From: Blastocystis sp. Blastoise
Taxonomy: Eukaryota; Protista; Bigyra: Opalinata
NCBI GenBank assembly: GCA_039096225.1
Contig: JBBPEB010000030.1
Span: forward strand, 992,001-1,056,000
Length of the DNA stretch: 64,000 nucleotides
Direction of reading: 5' to 3'
The notes under the pieces are model-generated. The model did no database searches and was not told the origin of the DNA. It saw nothing but the letters and a program-made list of their open reading frames with translations. This document shows positions 49,201 to 61,181 of the stretch, one piece after another (the first letter of the stretch is position 1; every line of letters starts with the position of its first letter). Made by a program: the position numbers and the translations under genes.

Positions 49201-52200
49201 TTCTTGGTCATTCTATGGTTGTGATTATGAACGATTACATTGTATGTTATTAGATACTCATGAAGGTATGAATTGGAGTGTCTCATTTAAGAGAAAATGT
49301 TTCTATACATATCCTCATATACAATCGTATCCTATATACTTATTATATATATATAAACCTAAAATAGATAATGGATATACTATGATACTCAATCAATTAG
49401 AATTTTATATATATAATGAGAATACTATTCTTATTCCTGAATTAACATATTCTCTAAATCCTATTATTGGATATATAGGAATAGATATATCTACTTCTTA
49501 TCCTAATGATTATTATATATCATTCAGTATTATAGAAGGAACATTACCTAAAGGATTGTCTTTTAATTCCTATACAGGTATTATTGTAGGTATACCTTTA
49601 GAAACTACAGATAATAGTATTATTATTATACAAGGAAGAGATATTCGAAATGAATATAAGAATACTACATTAACTATACAAATATATACATGTATATCTC
49701 CAAATATATTATTTAAATCTGTGTTTTCTCCATCTTGGGATGATACTTATAATTCATTTTCTTATTATATTCAAGATAAAGAAACAAAAGAAATTATTGG
49801 TAATTATACTCAATATACTAAAATAGCTGATAATATAGTTTCTTATTGTCGAAAAACATTTGATTATTCTATTACGTTAATTACACAAAATGATTATGGC
49901 TGGCTTTCTTCTTCTGTTACTGTTCTATTAAAAGATGGTACGAGTGTATTTACAGGCACTTTATCTCCTTCAGAATATAAAAATGAATATTTCTTTTCTA
50001 TTTATAATGTAGTATTACCTAATGAAATACAATGGACTTATTATGATGATACTTTAACTCATAATCCTCTTCCATCTGATTGGATGAAGATAGATTATCA
50101 GCCAATAGGATGGAAAACAGCAACTATATTAAATATGTCCCCACCTCAAGGTATAACACAATATTATCGAATGAATTATTATTTTACTACATTACAGAAT
50201 ATAGCTGTTCTCTCTTATACAATAACATTAAGAGGTGGTTGTATATTATATATAAATGGAAAAGAAGCATTTCGATATGGATTAGAAAAAACTATTATAA
50301 CTCGTGATACAATATCAATATTTGATCCTTATATACCTGAAACAGTAGGTGGAAGTATTCATTTACAATTAAGTCCTGTATCTATAAATATAGGAAATAA
50401 TACTATAGCTATAGAGATACATCGTGGTAAACGTATATTTGATGATAGTATATTTAGTGCTAGTTTGGTACCTATATTAAAAGATATACGTAATCAGAAG
50501 AATGGCTATGGATATACTGGCTTTTTAGATGAAAATGAAGGAAATAGATTAGCTAATGCATTTGATAATAATAAGAATACTGTATATAAATATAGATCAC
50601 AATGTGTTGGTGTTTCTATTTCATATATTTATAATAATCAGATAAAAGAATATATTAATCGATATTCTATAAGTAATTCTTATGTGTGTAATATATATAC
50701 TCCTTCAGGATGGACATTAGAAGGTTCAAATGATAATATTAATTATACTATTATACATCAAGTAAAACAACAATATTTTACGTATTCATATGAAGAAAAA
50801 GCTTATTCTATTATAAGTGATATTCCTTATAATATATATAAGTTAACTATTGATGAATGTGAAAATAATTATCTTGAAAGTGATGAAAAATCTATATGTA
50901 CTTCAGATTTAGCTGCTCAAGTATCTGAATTCTCATTGTTTACAGGACTTGTTAATAATTATTGTACATCAATTGATGGATATCCTTCTGTTTATTATGG
51001 AGAATATTCATATAAATCTTGTGGATTGTTTTATACAGGTCAAAAGAAACGACTCTGTTCAGATAAAGGTATTTGGGATGATGAAGATAATAAGAATTGT
51101 ATTTTATCTCCTCCAACTATATTTAATTATGAACAATCTATCTATCTATTATATGCTTCAACATCTATACGTATAAATGTTCCATTTATAGATGCTCTCT
51201 ATATGAATTTCACTAGTTCTCCTTCTCTTCCTTCTTCTTTCTCATTAAATACAGCTACTGGTGTTATTACTAGTGTTCCTTCTTCTACTTATATTCCTCT
51301 TACACAATATACTATAACTGCTTCTTCTAGTCATTTTAATACTACTATATCCACAATTTTATGTATATCTGTTGCCACAGATATGAATCGTGATTTCTGT
51401 AAAGAAGATGATGTATGGTCAAGAACTTATCAAGGAAATACTACGACTATCGATTGTCCTTCTGGTTTTAGTGGCTATTATCAACGATCTTGTATTCCTC
51501 CTTCAACTCCGAATGGAATTCCTTCTTGGTCTTCTATTGAGAATCATTGTGTTTTATCTTCTAATTATATAGTTTTATCCTATCCACATTCATCTTATGT
51601 ATTTGTATTGAATCGAACTGTTTCTGTTAAACCTATAATAACTTCAGGTATCGTTGAGAAATGGTCTATTACTCCTTCTTCTCTTCCTAATGGTCTTCTA
51701 TTTAATAATGGAATTATTTCAGGAATACCTTTAATATATACAGAAAAGAATAATTATACAATAAAAGCAGAAGGTCAGTATAATAACGTTACTATTCTAT
51801 TAATAATAAGTACTGATACTTATTTATGTTTTGAAGATGGTGAATGGCCTCCAGCTAGATATAATACAGATAATTATCTTCCTTGTCCTGATGGATATAT
51901 AGGTATACGAGAACGAACATGTTTAGATTCTAAATCTTCAAAGAATTTTTATGTAACAGAAGATGGATATACTGCTATAAAATGGTATCAAGAACAATAT
52001 AATTGTAAATTGAAATCTCCTTCTATTTCTATGACTCCTTCTTATATACAAGCAGTGATTAATTCTGAATTATATCCTATTACTCCATTATGTATAGGTA
52101 TATGTACTTCATGGTCTATTATTCCTTCTCTTCCTGAAGGACTTATTATGAATGTAACTACAGGTACTATCACAGGTATACCTAAATCTCCTTATTCTGA

Positions 52201-53407
52201 ATCTATTCATATGATTATTGCTTCAAATACTGATAATTATTCATATATACCTATATCCATAACAGTAATCAATCCTCAATGTCCTGCAGAAGGTCGTTTT
52301 CCTGCTACAAATAAAGGAGAAGCAATCACTTTAGATTGTGGAGATCTATATAAAGAAGGTTCTATTACACGAATATGTAGTAATGATTATATACCTAAAT
52401 GGACTAATATATCCGATACGTGTATATATAAAACACCTGTAGTTACTTATCCTATTACTTATATTGTAGCTTATATACAAGATCCATTAATAGGAATATC
52501 TCCTAATATTCAGAATTATATTAATTCATGGACTGTAACTCCTGATTTCCCCACGGGAATCACATTGAATACGAAAAGTGGAGTTATTGAAGGAACACCT
52601 ACTATACTATCATCTTTAAAGACTTATAAAATAACTGCAAGTAATCCAGATAAGCAAGTGAGTATAGATATACAACTAGTGATTCGAGAGCATACATGTA
52701 AAGAAGAAAATGATTGGCCAGAAACTTCTATTGGTCAAACAGCTTATTTATTATGTACTTCTATTCGAACTTCTTATAGAACACGTGAATGTGTTCGTAA
52801 TGGAGTTTCTGCTCTATGGTCAAATGAAAATAGAACACGTTGTTTATTACCTTCTTCTTCTCCTTCTTCTTCTTATGTATATATAGAGTATACTATATAT
52901 ATATCAGGAATCAGAAGTGAATCGATTCAAGGAAAACAAATTTACATATTATTACATACATTAGATAGTTATTTATCTGTTTATTCTATTCCTTCTTCTC
53001 ATATATGGATTATGTATTTAGAAGATATATATCTTAATGTGAATGATAATCATAAGATTCGTATGATTATTCGTATTATGGATATTGAGAAAGAAGTTGA
53101 GAAATGGAAGGATACTGTATATCATTATTTTATTAATGAATATAAAGATGCAAATAATGATATTCAAGTATTATTATCGGATTGTACAATCACTAGTAAT
53201 TATGATGACATACATATTATAGAGAATACCAGTAATGGTTCTTTAATATATATTATTATCGGTAGTGTAATAGGAATAACAGTATTCATTATTGTCGGAT
53301 ATTTTATTTATCATTATTGTAAATATCATATAGTGAATAATAATTATAATCGTAAGGTATATAAAGATATATATATCAAACAAGGTTTACTCTCGCCTAT
53401 ACAATAA
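46233..53407 (+). CDS. Giant type I membrane protein with discoidin-like, He_PIG Ig and Cys-rich repeats (~2250 aa), same family as 2815-12448
   Basis: Signal peptide MEPIICFIALIILMSL, three 5' GT-AG introns, then one long exon. AFDG..TTKW and PSGWTLEGSND discoidin-like motifs, LPKGLTLDSISGTISG-type Ig repeats and C.EDGEWP repeats. TM LIYIIIGSVIGITVFIIVGYFIY. Confidence 0.88.
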
Positions 53408-53888
53408 TTATTTCTTTTTAAGAATATTTTTTTTACAGATAAATTTATTTTATAATCTTCTATGGATACAAAATTTTTATCTTAATTTTTTGTTTTAAAT
53501 CTCATTTTATTTTTTCTTATATGTAATATATAAGACTCTGAGTACTAGTTACAATAGTTTTTAATGTTAATTTCTATCCTTTCTTTTTTTTTGTTTTCAA
53601 ATATTGATATGTCCTTTTCAGAAAGAATACAGTTATTTAATTCTTTTCTTATTTATTGTTTTTTGATATATTTTTGTCATATGTTACTTTAAATGTGAAT
53701 ATGGTAATTTTTATATTTTTTTTTGAATTTGTTATCAATTATTCATTTTTGTAAACATATGCATATAATAAGGAATAATTGTTGTTTAGTTTTAGTTATA
53801 TTATTATTGTTATTATATATATTTTTTTATAAACATATTAAATATTATGAATAATAATAATAAAATAATATTTGATAAAATAAAATAA

Positions 53889-53943
<55 letters not shown>

Positions 53944-53947
<4 letters not shown>

Positions 53948-54133
53948 TGGTTTAGGGTTAGGATTTAAAATGAATATAAAATAATTTAGGGTTTAGGGTT
54001 TAGGGTTAGGGTTAGGTTTAATATAAAATAATGGTTTTAGATTTAATATAAAAAAATAATAGATTAGGGTTAAATTGAATATTAAAATAATAGATTAGGG
54101 TTAATATAAAATAATTTTTAGGTTAGGGTTAGA
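53944..54133 (+). repeat. Interstitial telomere-type repeat block (TTAGGG/TTTAGGG), present in every 5S spacer
   Basis: ttagtgg tttagggttagg ... tttagggtttagggtttagggttagggttagg ... attagggtt ... ttaggttagggttag. Repeated near 54741, 55554, 56352, 57142, 57934 and 58736. Confidence 0.9.
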
Positions 54134-54343
54134 TTTTTAATATAAAAATAAATAAATAAATAAAATAAATAAATAAAAAAAAATTTGAATAAATGAATAA
54201 AAAGAATAATAATAATAATAAATAGAATAATAAATAGAATAATAATAATAAATAGAATAATAGAATATAATAATAATAGAATAATAATAGAATAAAATAA
54301 TAATAGAATAGAATAATAATAAAATAATAATAAATAAATCTTG

Positions 54344-54459
54344 AGAACGGCCATATCAAGTGGACAACGCCCTAACCCGTCTGATCTAGGAAGCTAAGCC
54401 ACTTCGAGCTAGGATAGTAGCGGTGTGGGGGACTCGCCGTGAAGTCCTAGTGTTGTTTT
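54344..54459 (+). rRNA. 5S rRNA, copy 1 (3' variant)
   Basis: AGAACGGCCATA...GATCTAGGAAGCTAAGC (box A)...GTGGGGGACT (box C-like)...GTGTTGTTT, followed by a T-run Pol III terminator. Confidence 0.92.
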
Positions 54460-54692
54460 TTTTTTTTTTTTTTTATTTTTTATTTATTATTTATTATTTT
54501 ATTTATTATTTTTTTTATTATTAATATTTTTAATTATTTATATATAACATTTTATTTATATTATTTTTATTATTATTATTATAAAAATTATAAAAAAAAA
54601 TTTTATATTATTTTTTATTATTAAATTTTTGTAAACATATTATTTATATTATAAATAATAATAATAAAATAATATTTGATAAAATAAAATAA

Positions 54693-54744
<52 letters not shown>

Positions 54745-55140
54745 TGGTTTAGGGTTAGGATTTAAAATGAATATAAAATAATTTAGGGTTTAGGGTTTAG
54801 GGTTAGGGTTAGGTTTAATATAAAATAATGGTTTTAGATTTAATATAAAAAAATAATAGATTAGGGTTAAATTGAATATTAAAATAATAGATTAGGGTTA
54901 ATATAAAATAATTTTTAGGTTAGGGTTAGATTTTTAATATAAAAATAAATAAATAAATAAAATAAATAAATAAAAAAAAATTTGAATAAATGAATAAAAA
55001 GAATAATAATAATAATAAATAGAATAATAAATAGAATAATAATAATAAATAGAATAATAGAATATAATAATAATAGAATAATAATAGAATAAAATAATAA
55101 TAGAATAGAATAATAATAAAATAATAATAAATAAATCTTG

Positions 55141-55256
55141 AGAACGGCCATATCAAGTGGACAACGCCCTAACCCGTCTGATCTAGGAAGCTAAGCCACT
55201 TCGAGCTAGGATAGTAGCGGTGTGGGGGACTCGCCGTGAAGTCCTAGTGCTGTTCT
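55141..55256 (+). rRNA. 5S rRNA, copy 2
   Basis: Helix I AGAACGGC/GCTGTTCT, internal promoter boxes and T-run terminator. Confidence 0.95.
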
Positions 55257-55484
55257 TTTTTTTTTATTTTTTATTTATTATTTATTATTTTATTTATTAT
55301 TCTTTTTATTATTAATATTTTTAATTATTTATATATAACATTTTATTTATATTATTTTTATTATTATTATTATAAAAATTATAAAAAAAAAATTTTATAT
55401 TATTTTTTATTATTAAATTTTTGTAAACATATTATTTATATTATAAATAATAATAATAAAATAATATTTGATAAAATAAAATAA

Positions 55485-55557
<73 letters not shown>

Positions 55558-55953
55558 TGGTTTAGGGTTAGGATTTAAAATAAATATAAAATAATTTAGG
55601 GTTTAGGGTTTAGGGTTAGGGTTAGGTTTAATATAAAATAATGGTTTTAGATTTAATATAAAAAAATAATAGATTAGGGTTAAATTGAATATTAAAATAA
55701 TAGATTAGGGTTAATATAAAATAATTTTTAGGTTAGGGTTAGATTTTTAATATAAAAATAAATAAATAAATAAAATAAATAAATAAAAAAAAATTTGAAT
55801 AAATGAATAAAAAGAATAATAATAATAATAAATAGAATAATAAATAGAATAATAATAATAAATAGAATAATAGAATATAATAATAATAGAATAATAATAG
55901 AATAAAATAATAATAGAATAGAATAATAATAAAATAATAATAAATAAATCTTG

Positions 55954-56069
55954 AGAACGGCCATATCAAGTGGACAACGCCCTAACCCGTCTGATCTAGG
56001 AAGCTAAGCCACTTCGAGCTAGGATAGTAGCGGTGTGGGGGACTCGCCGTGAAGTCCTAGTGCTGTTCT
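55954..56069 (+). rRNA. 5S rRNA, copy 3
   Basis: Same sequence as copy 2. Confidence 0.95.
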
Positions 56070-56298
56070 TTTTTTTTTTATTTTTTATTTATTATTTATT
56101 ATTTTATTTATTATTCTTTTTATTATTAATATTTTTAATTATTTATATATAACATTTTATTTATATTATTTTTATTATTATTATTATAAAAATTATAAAA
56201 AAAAAATTTTATATTATTTTTTATTATTAAATTTTTGTAAACATATTATTTATATTATAAATAATAATAATAAAATAATATTTGATAAAATAAAATAA

Positions 56299-56355
<57 letters not shown>

Positions 56356-56751
56356 TGGTTTAGGGTTAGGATTTAAAATGAATATAAAATAATTTAGGGT
56401 TTAGGGTTTAGGGTTAGGGTTAGGTTTAATATAAAATAATGGTTTTAGATTTAATATAAAAAAATAATAGATTAGGGTTAAATTGAATATTAAAATAATA
56501 GATTAGGGTTAATATAAAATAATTTTTAGGTTAGGGTTAGATTTTTAATATAAAAATAAATAAATAAATAAAATAAATAAATAAAAAAAAATTTGAATAA
56601 ATGAATAAAAAGAATAATAATAATAATAAATAGAATAATAAATAGAATAATAATAATAAATAGAATAATAGAATATAATAATAATAGAATAATAATAGAA
56701 TAAAATAATAATAGAATAGAATAATAATAAAATAATAATAAATAAATCTTG

Positions 56752-56867
56752 AGAACGGCCATATCAAGTGGACAACGCCCTAACCCGTCTGATCTAGGAA
56801 GCTAAGCCACTTCGAGCTAGGATAGTAGCGGTGTGGGGGACTCGCCGTGAAGTCCTAGTGCTGTTCT
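56752..56867 (+). rRNA. 5S rRNA, copy 4
   Basis: Same sequence as copy 2. Confidence 0.95.
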
Positions 56868-57100
56868 TTTTTTTTTTTTTTTTATTTATTATTTATTATT
56901 TTATTTATTATTCTTTTTATTATTAATATTTTTAATTATTTATATATAACATTTTATTTATATTATTTTTATTATTATTATTATAAAAATTATAAAAAAA
57001 AAATTTTATATTATTTTTTATTATTAAATTTTTGTAAACATATTATTTATATTATAAATAATAATAATAAAATAATATTTGATAAAATAAAATAATTTTA

Positions 57101-57145
<45 letters not shown>

Positions 57146-57541
57146 TGGTTTAGGGTTAGGATTTAAAATGAATATAAAATAATTTAGGGTTTAGGGTTTA
57201 GGGTTAGGGTTAGGTTTAATATAAAATAATGGTTTTAGATTTAATATAAAAAAATAATAGATTAGGGTTAAATTGAATATTAAAATAATAGATTAGGGTT
57301 AATATAAAATAATTTTTAGGTTAGGGTTAGATTTTTAATATAAAAATAAATAAATAAATAAAATAAATAAATAAAAAAAAATTTGAATAAATGAATAAAA
57401 AGAATAATAATAATAATAAATAGAATAATAAATAGAATAATAATAATAAATAGAATAATAGAATATAATAATAATAGAATAATAATAGAATAAAATAATA
57501 ATAGAATAGAATAATAATAAAATAATAATAAATAAATCTTG

Positions 57542-57657
57542 AGAACGGCCATATCAAGTGGACAACGCCCTAACCCGTCTGATCTAGGAAGCTAAGCCAC
57601 TTCGAGCTAGGATAGTAGCGGTGTGGGGGACTCGCCGTGAAGTCCTAGTGCTGTTCT
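57542..57657 (+). rRNA. 5S rRNA, copy 5
   Basis: Same sequence as copy 2. Confidence 0.95.
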
Positions 57658-57886
57658 TTTTTTTTTTATTTTTTATTTATTATTTATTATTTTATTTATT
57701 ATTCTTTTTATTATTAATATTTTTAATTATTTATATATAACATTTTATTTATATTATTTTTATTATTATTATTATAAAAATTATAAAAAAAAAATTTTAT
57801 ATTATTTTTTATTATTAAATTTTTGTAAACATATTATTTATATTATAAATAATAATAATAAAATAATATTTGATAAAATAAAATAA

Positions 57887-57937
<51 letters not shown>

Positions 57938-58333
57938 TGGTTTAGGGTTAGGATTTAAAATGAATATAAAATAATTTAGGGTTTAGGGTTTAGGGTTAGG
58001 GTTAGGTTTAATATAAAATAATGGTTTTAGATTTAATATAAAAAAATAATAGATTAGGGTTAAATTGAATATTAAAATAATAGATTAGGGTTAATATAAA
58101 ATAATTTTTAGGTTAGGGTTAGATTTTTAATATAAAAATAAATAAATAAATAAAATAAATAAATAAAAAAAAATTTGAATAAATGAATAAAAAGAATAAT
58201 AATAATAATAAATAGAATAATAAATAGAATAATAATAATAAATAGAATAATAGAATATAATAATAATAGAATAATAATAGAATAAAATAATAATAGAATA
58301 GAATAATAATAAAATAATAATAAATAAATCTTG

Positions 58334-58449
58334 AGAACGGCCATATCAAGTGGACAACGCCCTAACCCGTCTGATCTAGGAAGCTAAGCCACTTCGAGCT
58401 AGGATAGTAGCGGTGTGGGGGACTCGCCGTGAAGTCCTAGTGCTGTTCT
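58334..58449 (+). rRNA. 5S rRNA, copy 6
   Basis: Same sequence as copy 2. Confidence 0.95.
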
Positions 58450-58678
58450 TTTTTTTTTTATTTTTTATTTATTATTTATTATTTTATTTATTATTCTTTT
58501 TATTATTAATATTTTTAATTATTTATATATAACATTTTATTTATATTATTTTTATTATTATTATTATAAAAATTATAAAAAAAAAATTTTATATTATTTT
58601 TTATTATTAAATTTTTGTAAACATATTATTTATATTATAAATAATAATAATAAAATAATATTTGATAAAATAAAATAA

Positions 58679-58739
<61 letters not shown>

Positions 58740-59135
58740 TGGTTTAGGGTTAGGATTTAAAATGAATATAAAATAATTTAGGGTTTAGGGTTTAGGGTTA
58801 GGGTTAGGTTTAATATAAAATAATGGTTTTAGATTTAATATAAAAAAATAATAGATTAGGGTTAAATTGAATATTAAAATAATAGATTAGGGTTAATATA
58901 AAATAATTTTTAGGTTAGGGTTAGATTTTTAATATAAAAATAAATAAATAAATAAAATAAATAAATAAAAAAAAATTTGAATAAATGAATAAAAAGAATA
59001 ATAATAATAATAAATAGAATAATAAATAGAATAATAATAATAAATAGAATAATAGAATATAATAATAATAGAATAATAATAGAATAAAATAATAATAGAA
59101 TAGAATAATAATAAAATAATAATAAATAAATCTTG

Positions 59136-59251
59136 AGAACGGCCATATCAAGTGGACAACGCCCTAACCCGTCTGATCTAGGAAGCTAAGCCACTTCGAG
59201 CTAGGATAGTAGCGGTGTGGGGGACTCGCCGTGAAGTCCTAGTGCTGTTCT
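59136..59251 (+). rRNA. 5S rRNA, copy 7
   Basis: Same sequence as copy 2. Confidence 0.95.
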
Positions 59252-59493
59252 TTTTTTTTTTATTTTTTATTTATTATTTATTATTTTATTTATTATTCTT
59301 TTTATTATTAATATTTTTAATTATTTATATATAACATTTTATTTATATTATTTTTATTATTATTATTATAAAAATTATAAAAAAAAAATTTTATATTATT
59401 TTTTATTATTAAATTTTTGTAAACATATTATTTATATTATAAATAATAATAATAAAATAATATTTGATAAAATAAAATAATTTTAATTATATA

Positions 59494-59575
59494 CAGTGCC
59501 TTCCCGAGTGTCTGTGACACTTGCGGCGACACTTTTGTGACACTTTTTTCAGCCATGCTTAATTCGGCTGAATTC
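59494..59575 (+). mobile_element. Putative Tc1/mariner-like terminal repeat (single end) abutting the 5S array
   Basis: TA|CAGTGCCTTCCCGAG begins exactly inside the spacer's TA run. Three direct GACACTT repeats and a TTCAGCC..GGCTGAA inverted repeat follow. Composition changes abruptly. No partner end or transposase was seen. Confidence 0.45.
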
Positions 59576-61091
59576 GATAAACTGAAGCCAGATTGTGATT
59601 TCTCTCACTGATAGGTACTTTTGACTATTTAAAGCTTTTTCATGGCTTATTTTTGCATAAGAACATTTTTAATCAATAATAATTCAATAAATAAAAGACT
59701 TGAATACAAAAGAAGAATATTTCAGGAAAGTTTTATGTAGATTAATGATTTAGACTCAAAAAAACTATTAAGCATATTTTATCAATGAATTGACATCTTT
59801 ATATTATTCTAAAGTGTTATACAATATCAAAAACGTTTCTGTTTCATTCTAAGTCGCCATTTTGACAATAATGGGGTCAATATTTTAGAATTTTTTATAG
59901 CTCTGTTCAAAGTGAAAGACCTCTTAAATTCATAAACATGTGTAAAAGTGAATAAAATGACATCTATGAGTCAAAACGACAACCAAGTCAAAAAGTCAAA
60001 AAATTATTTTTTTACACTGAAAGAATGAACCGAGCCTATTTGTTTGGCTGAATAAAAGACCAGAGTTTTGATTCTTTTGTATTTACGGGAATAATTTTCT
60101 TGTCCAAAACTGAGTCTGTTTATATTTTGTTATATATCAAAGCACAAAAAGATTTTAGAATAGTTTTTACATTATATTTTAGTATAATTAAAGGTTCCGC
60201 ATCAAAAACTTTTGTCAGAAGTTTAAACTAAGCAGTTATTTTTTAGTATCAAATAAAAGTCGTTTTAAAAGTTGCTATTAGAGTAATTTTATGTAATAGA
60301 AAAGCATTTGAAGTTGAAAACAGTAGTTTTTAGACGAGTATATAAACAGATCAGAAAGTCAAAGAAAATGAGTTATTTTTGAGAAGCTAAAAGTAGTGGG
60401 ATACAATAGAATTGTGTAAATAATGTATTGTCTGACGCGTTAAAACTAATAATCTTAATAGAATATCTCAAAAAAAAACTGAAGAATAAAAAATGTATTT
60501 TTAAGAATATTTTTAGTATTTGACTGAAAGATTTGAATTTAAATATGAATACATTTTTATATTTAATTTGTTGTCTCTATGTAGAAATAGAACTTATTAC
60601 GAGGACTATAGATGCTTTTAAGCAATCCTAATGCTGTGTAAGTATTTATTTATCTAATATATCATATTATTTTACATTATTCTTTTAGATTCCCCATTTT
60701 GGATTTCCTCTTCCTTTCAAACAGTCTCCTTGGTCTATTTCAAATACATTTATAACATGGAATCGTTGATTTGATTCTTATAAGGTATTTTATCTAATTC
60801 CTTTTTTAATTCATTTAGGTTTCTTGGTTATTATTGTCTATACCTCTTCCAAATAACAAATCAAAGCAATATTGAAGGTATATAAATATATCTATTTGTT
60901 TCTTTATTACATTGACACATTTCTCTTTTTTCTTTTTTCCTATTAAAATTATTTATTTAATTTTTATTTATTTTATTTATGTTTTATATTTATCATCAAT
61001 TTATATATTATATAGAAAATTTATTTCTTATTGCCATTCTTGAATTCTGTGCTTTTGTTTGCTAGTTAAAAACGAAAATAACAAATTTTGT

Positions 61092-61146
<55 letters not shown>

Positions 61147-61181
61147 TCATCTATCTATCTATCTATCTATCTATCTATTAG

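Larger units (their letters stand above)
53830..59493 (+). repeat. Tandem 5S rDNA array: 7 units of ~790-813 bp, each spacer carrying (TA)n and telomere-type repeats
   Basis: 5S start-to-start periods are 797, 813, 798, 790, 792 and 802. Length differences lie mainly in the (TA)n and T runs. Confidence 0.95.

Noticed and set aside
54118-59151. Fourteen repeated 76-78-aa minus-strand ORFs in the array
   Set aside because: They are the antisense reading of the A-rich spacer and the 5S 5' end. The Ile/Leu/Tyr/Phe composition comes from low complexity.
53830-59493. CRISPR array or true chromosome end
   Set aside because: The spacers are identical rather than unique and the conserved GC-rich part is 5S rRNA. 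The telomeric words are short, interrupted and flanked by genes on both sides.
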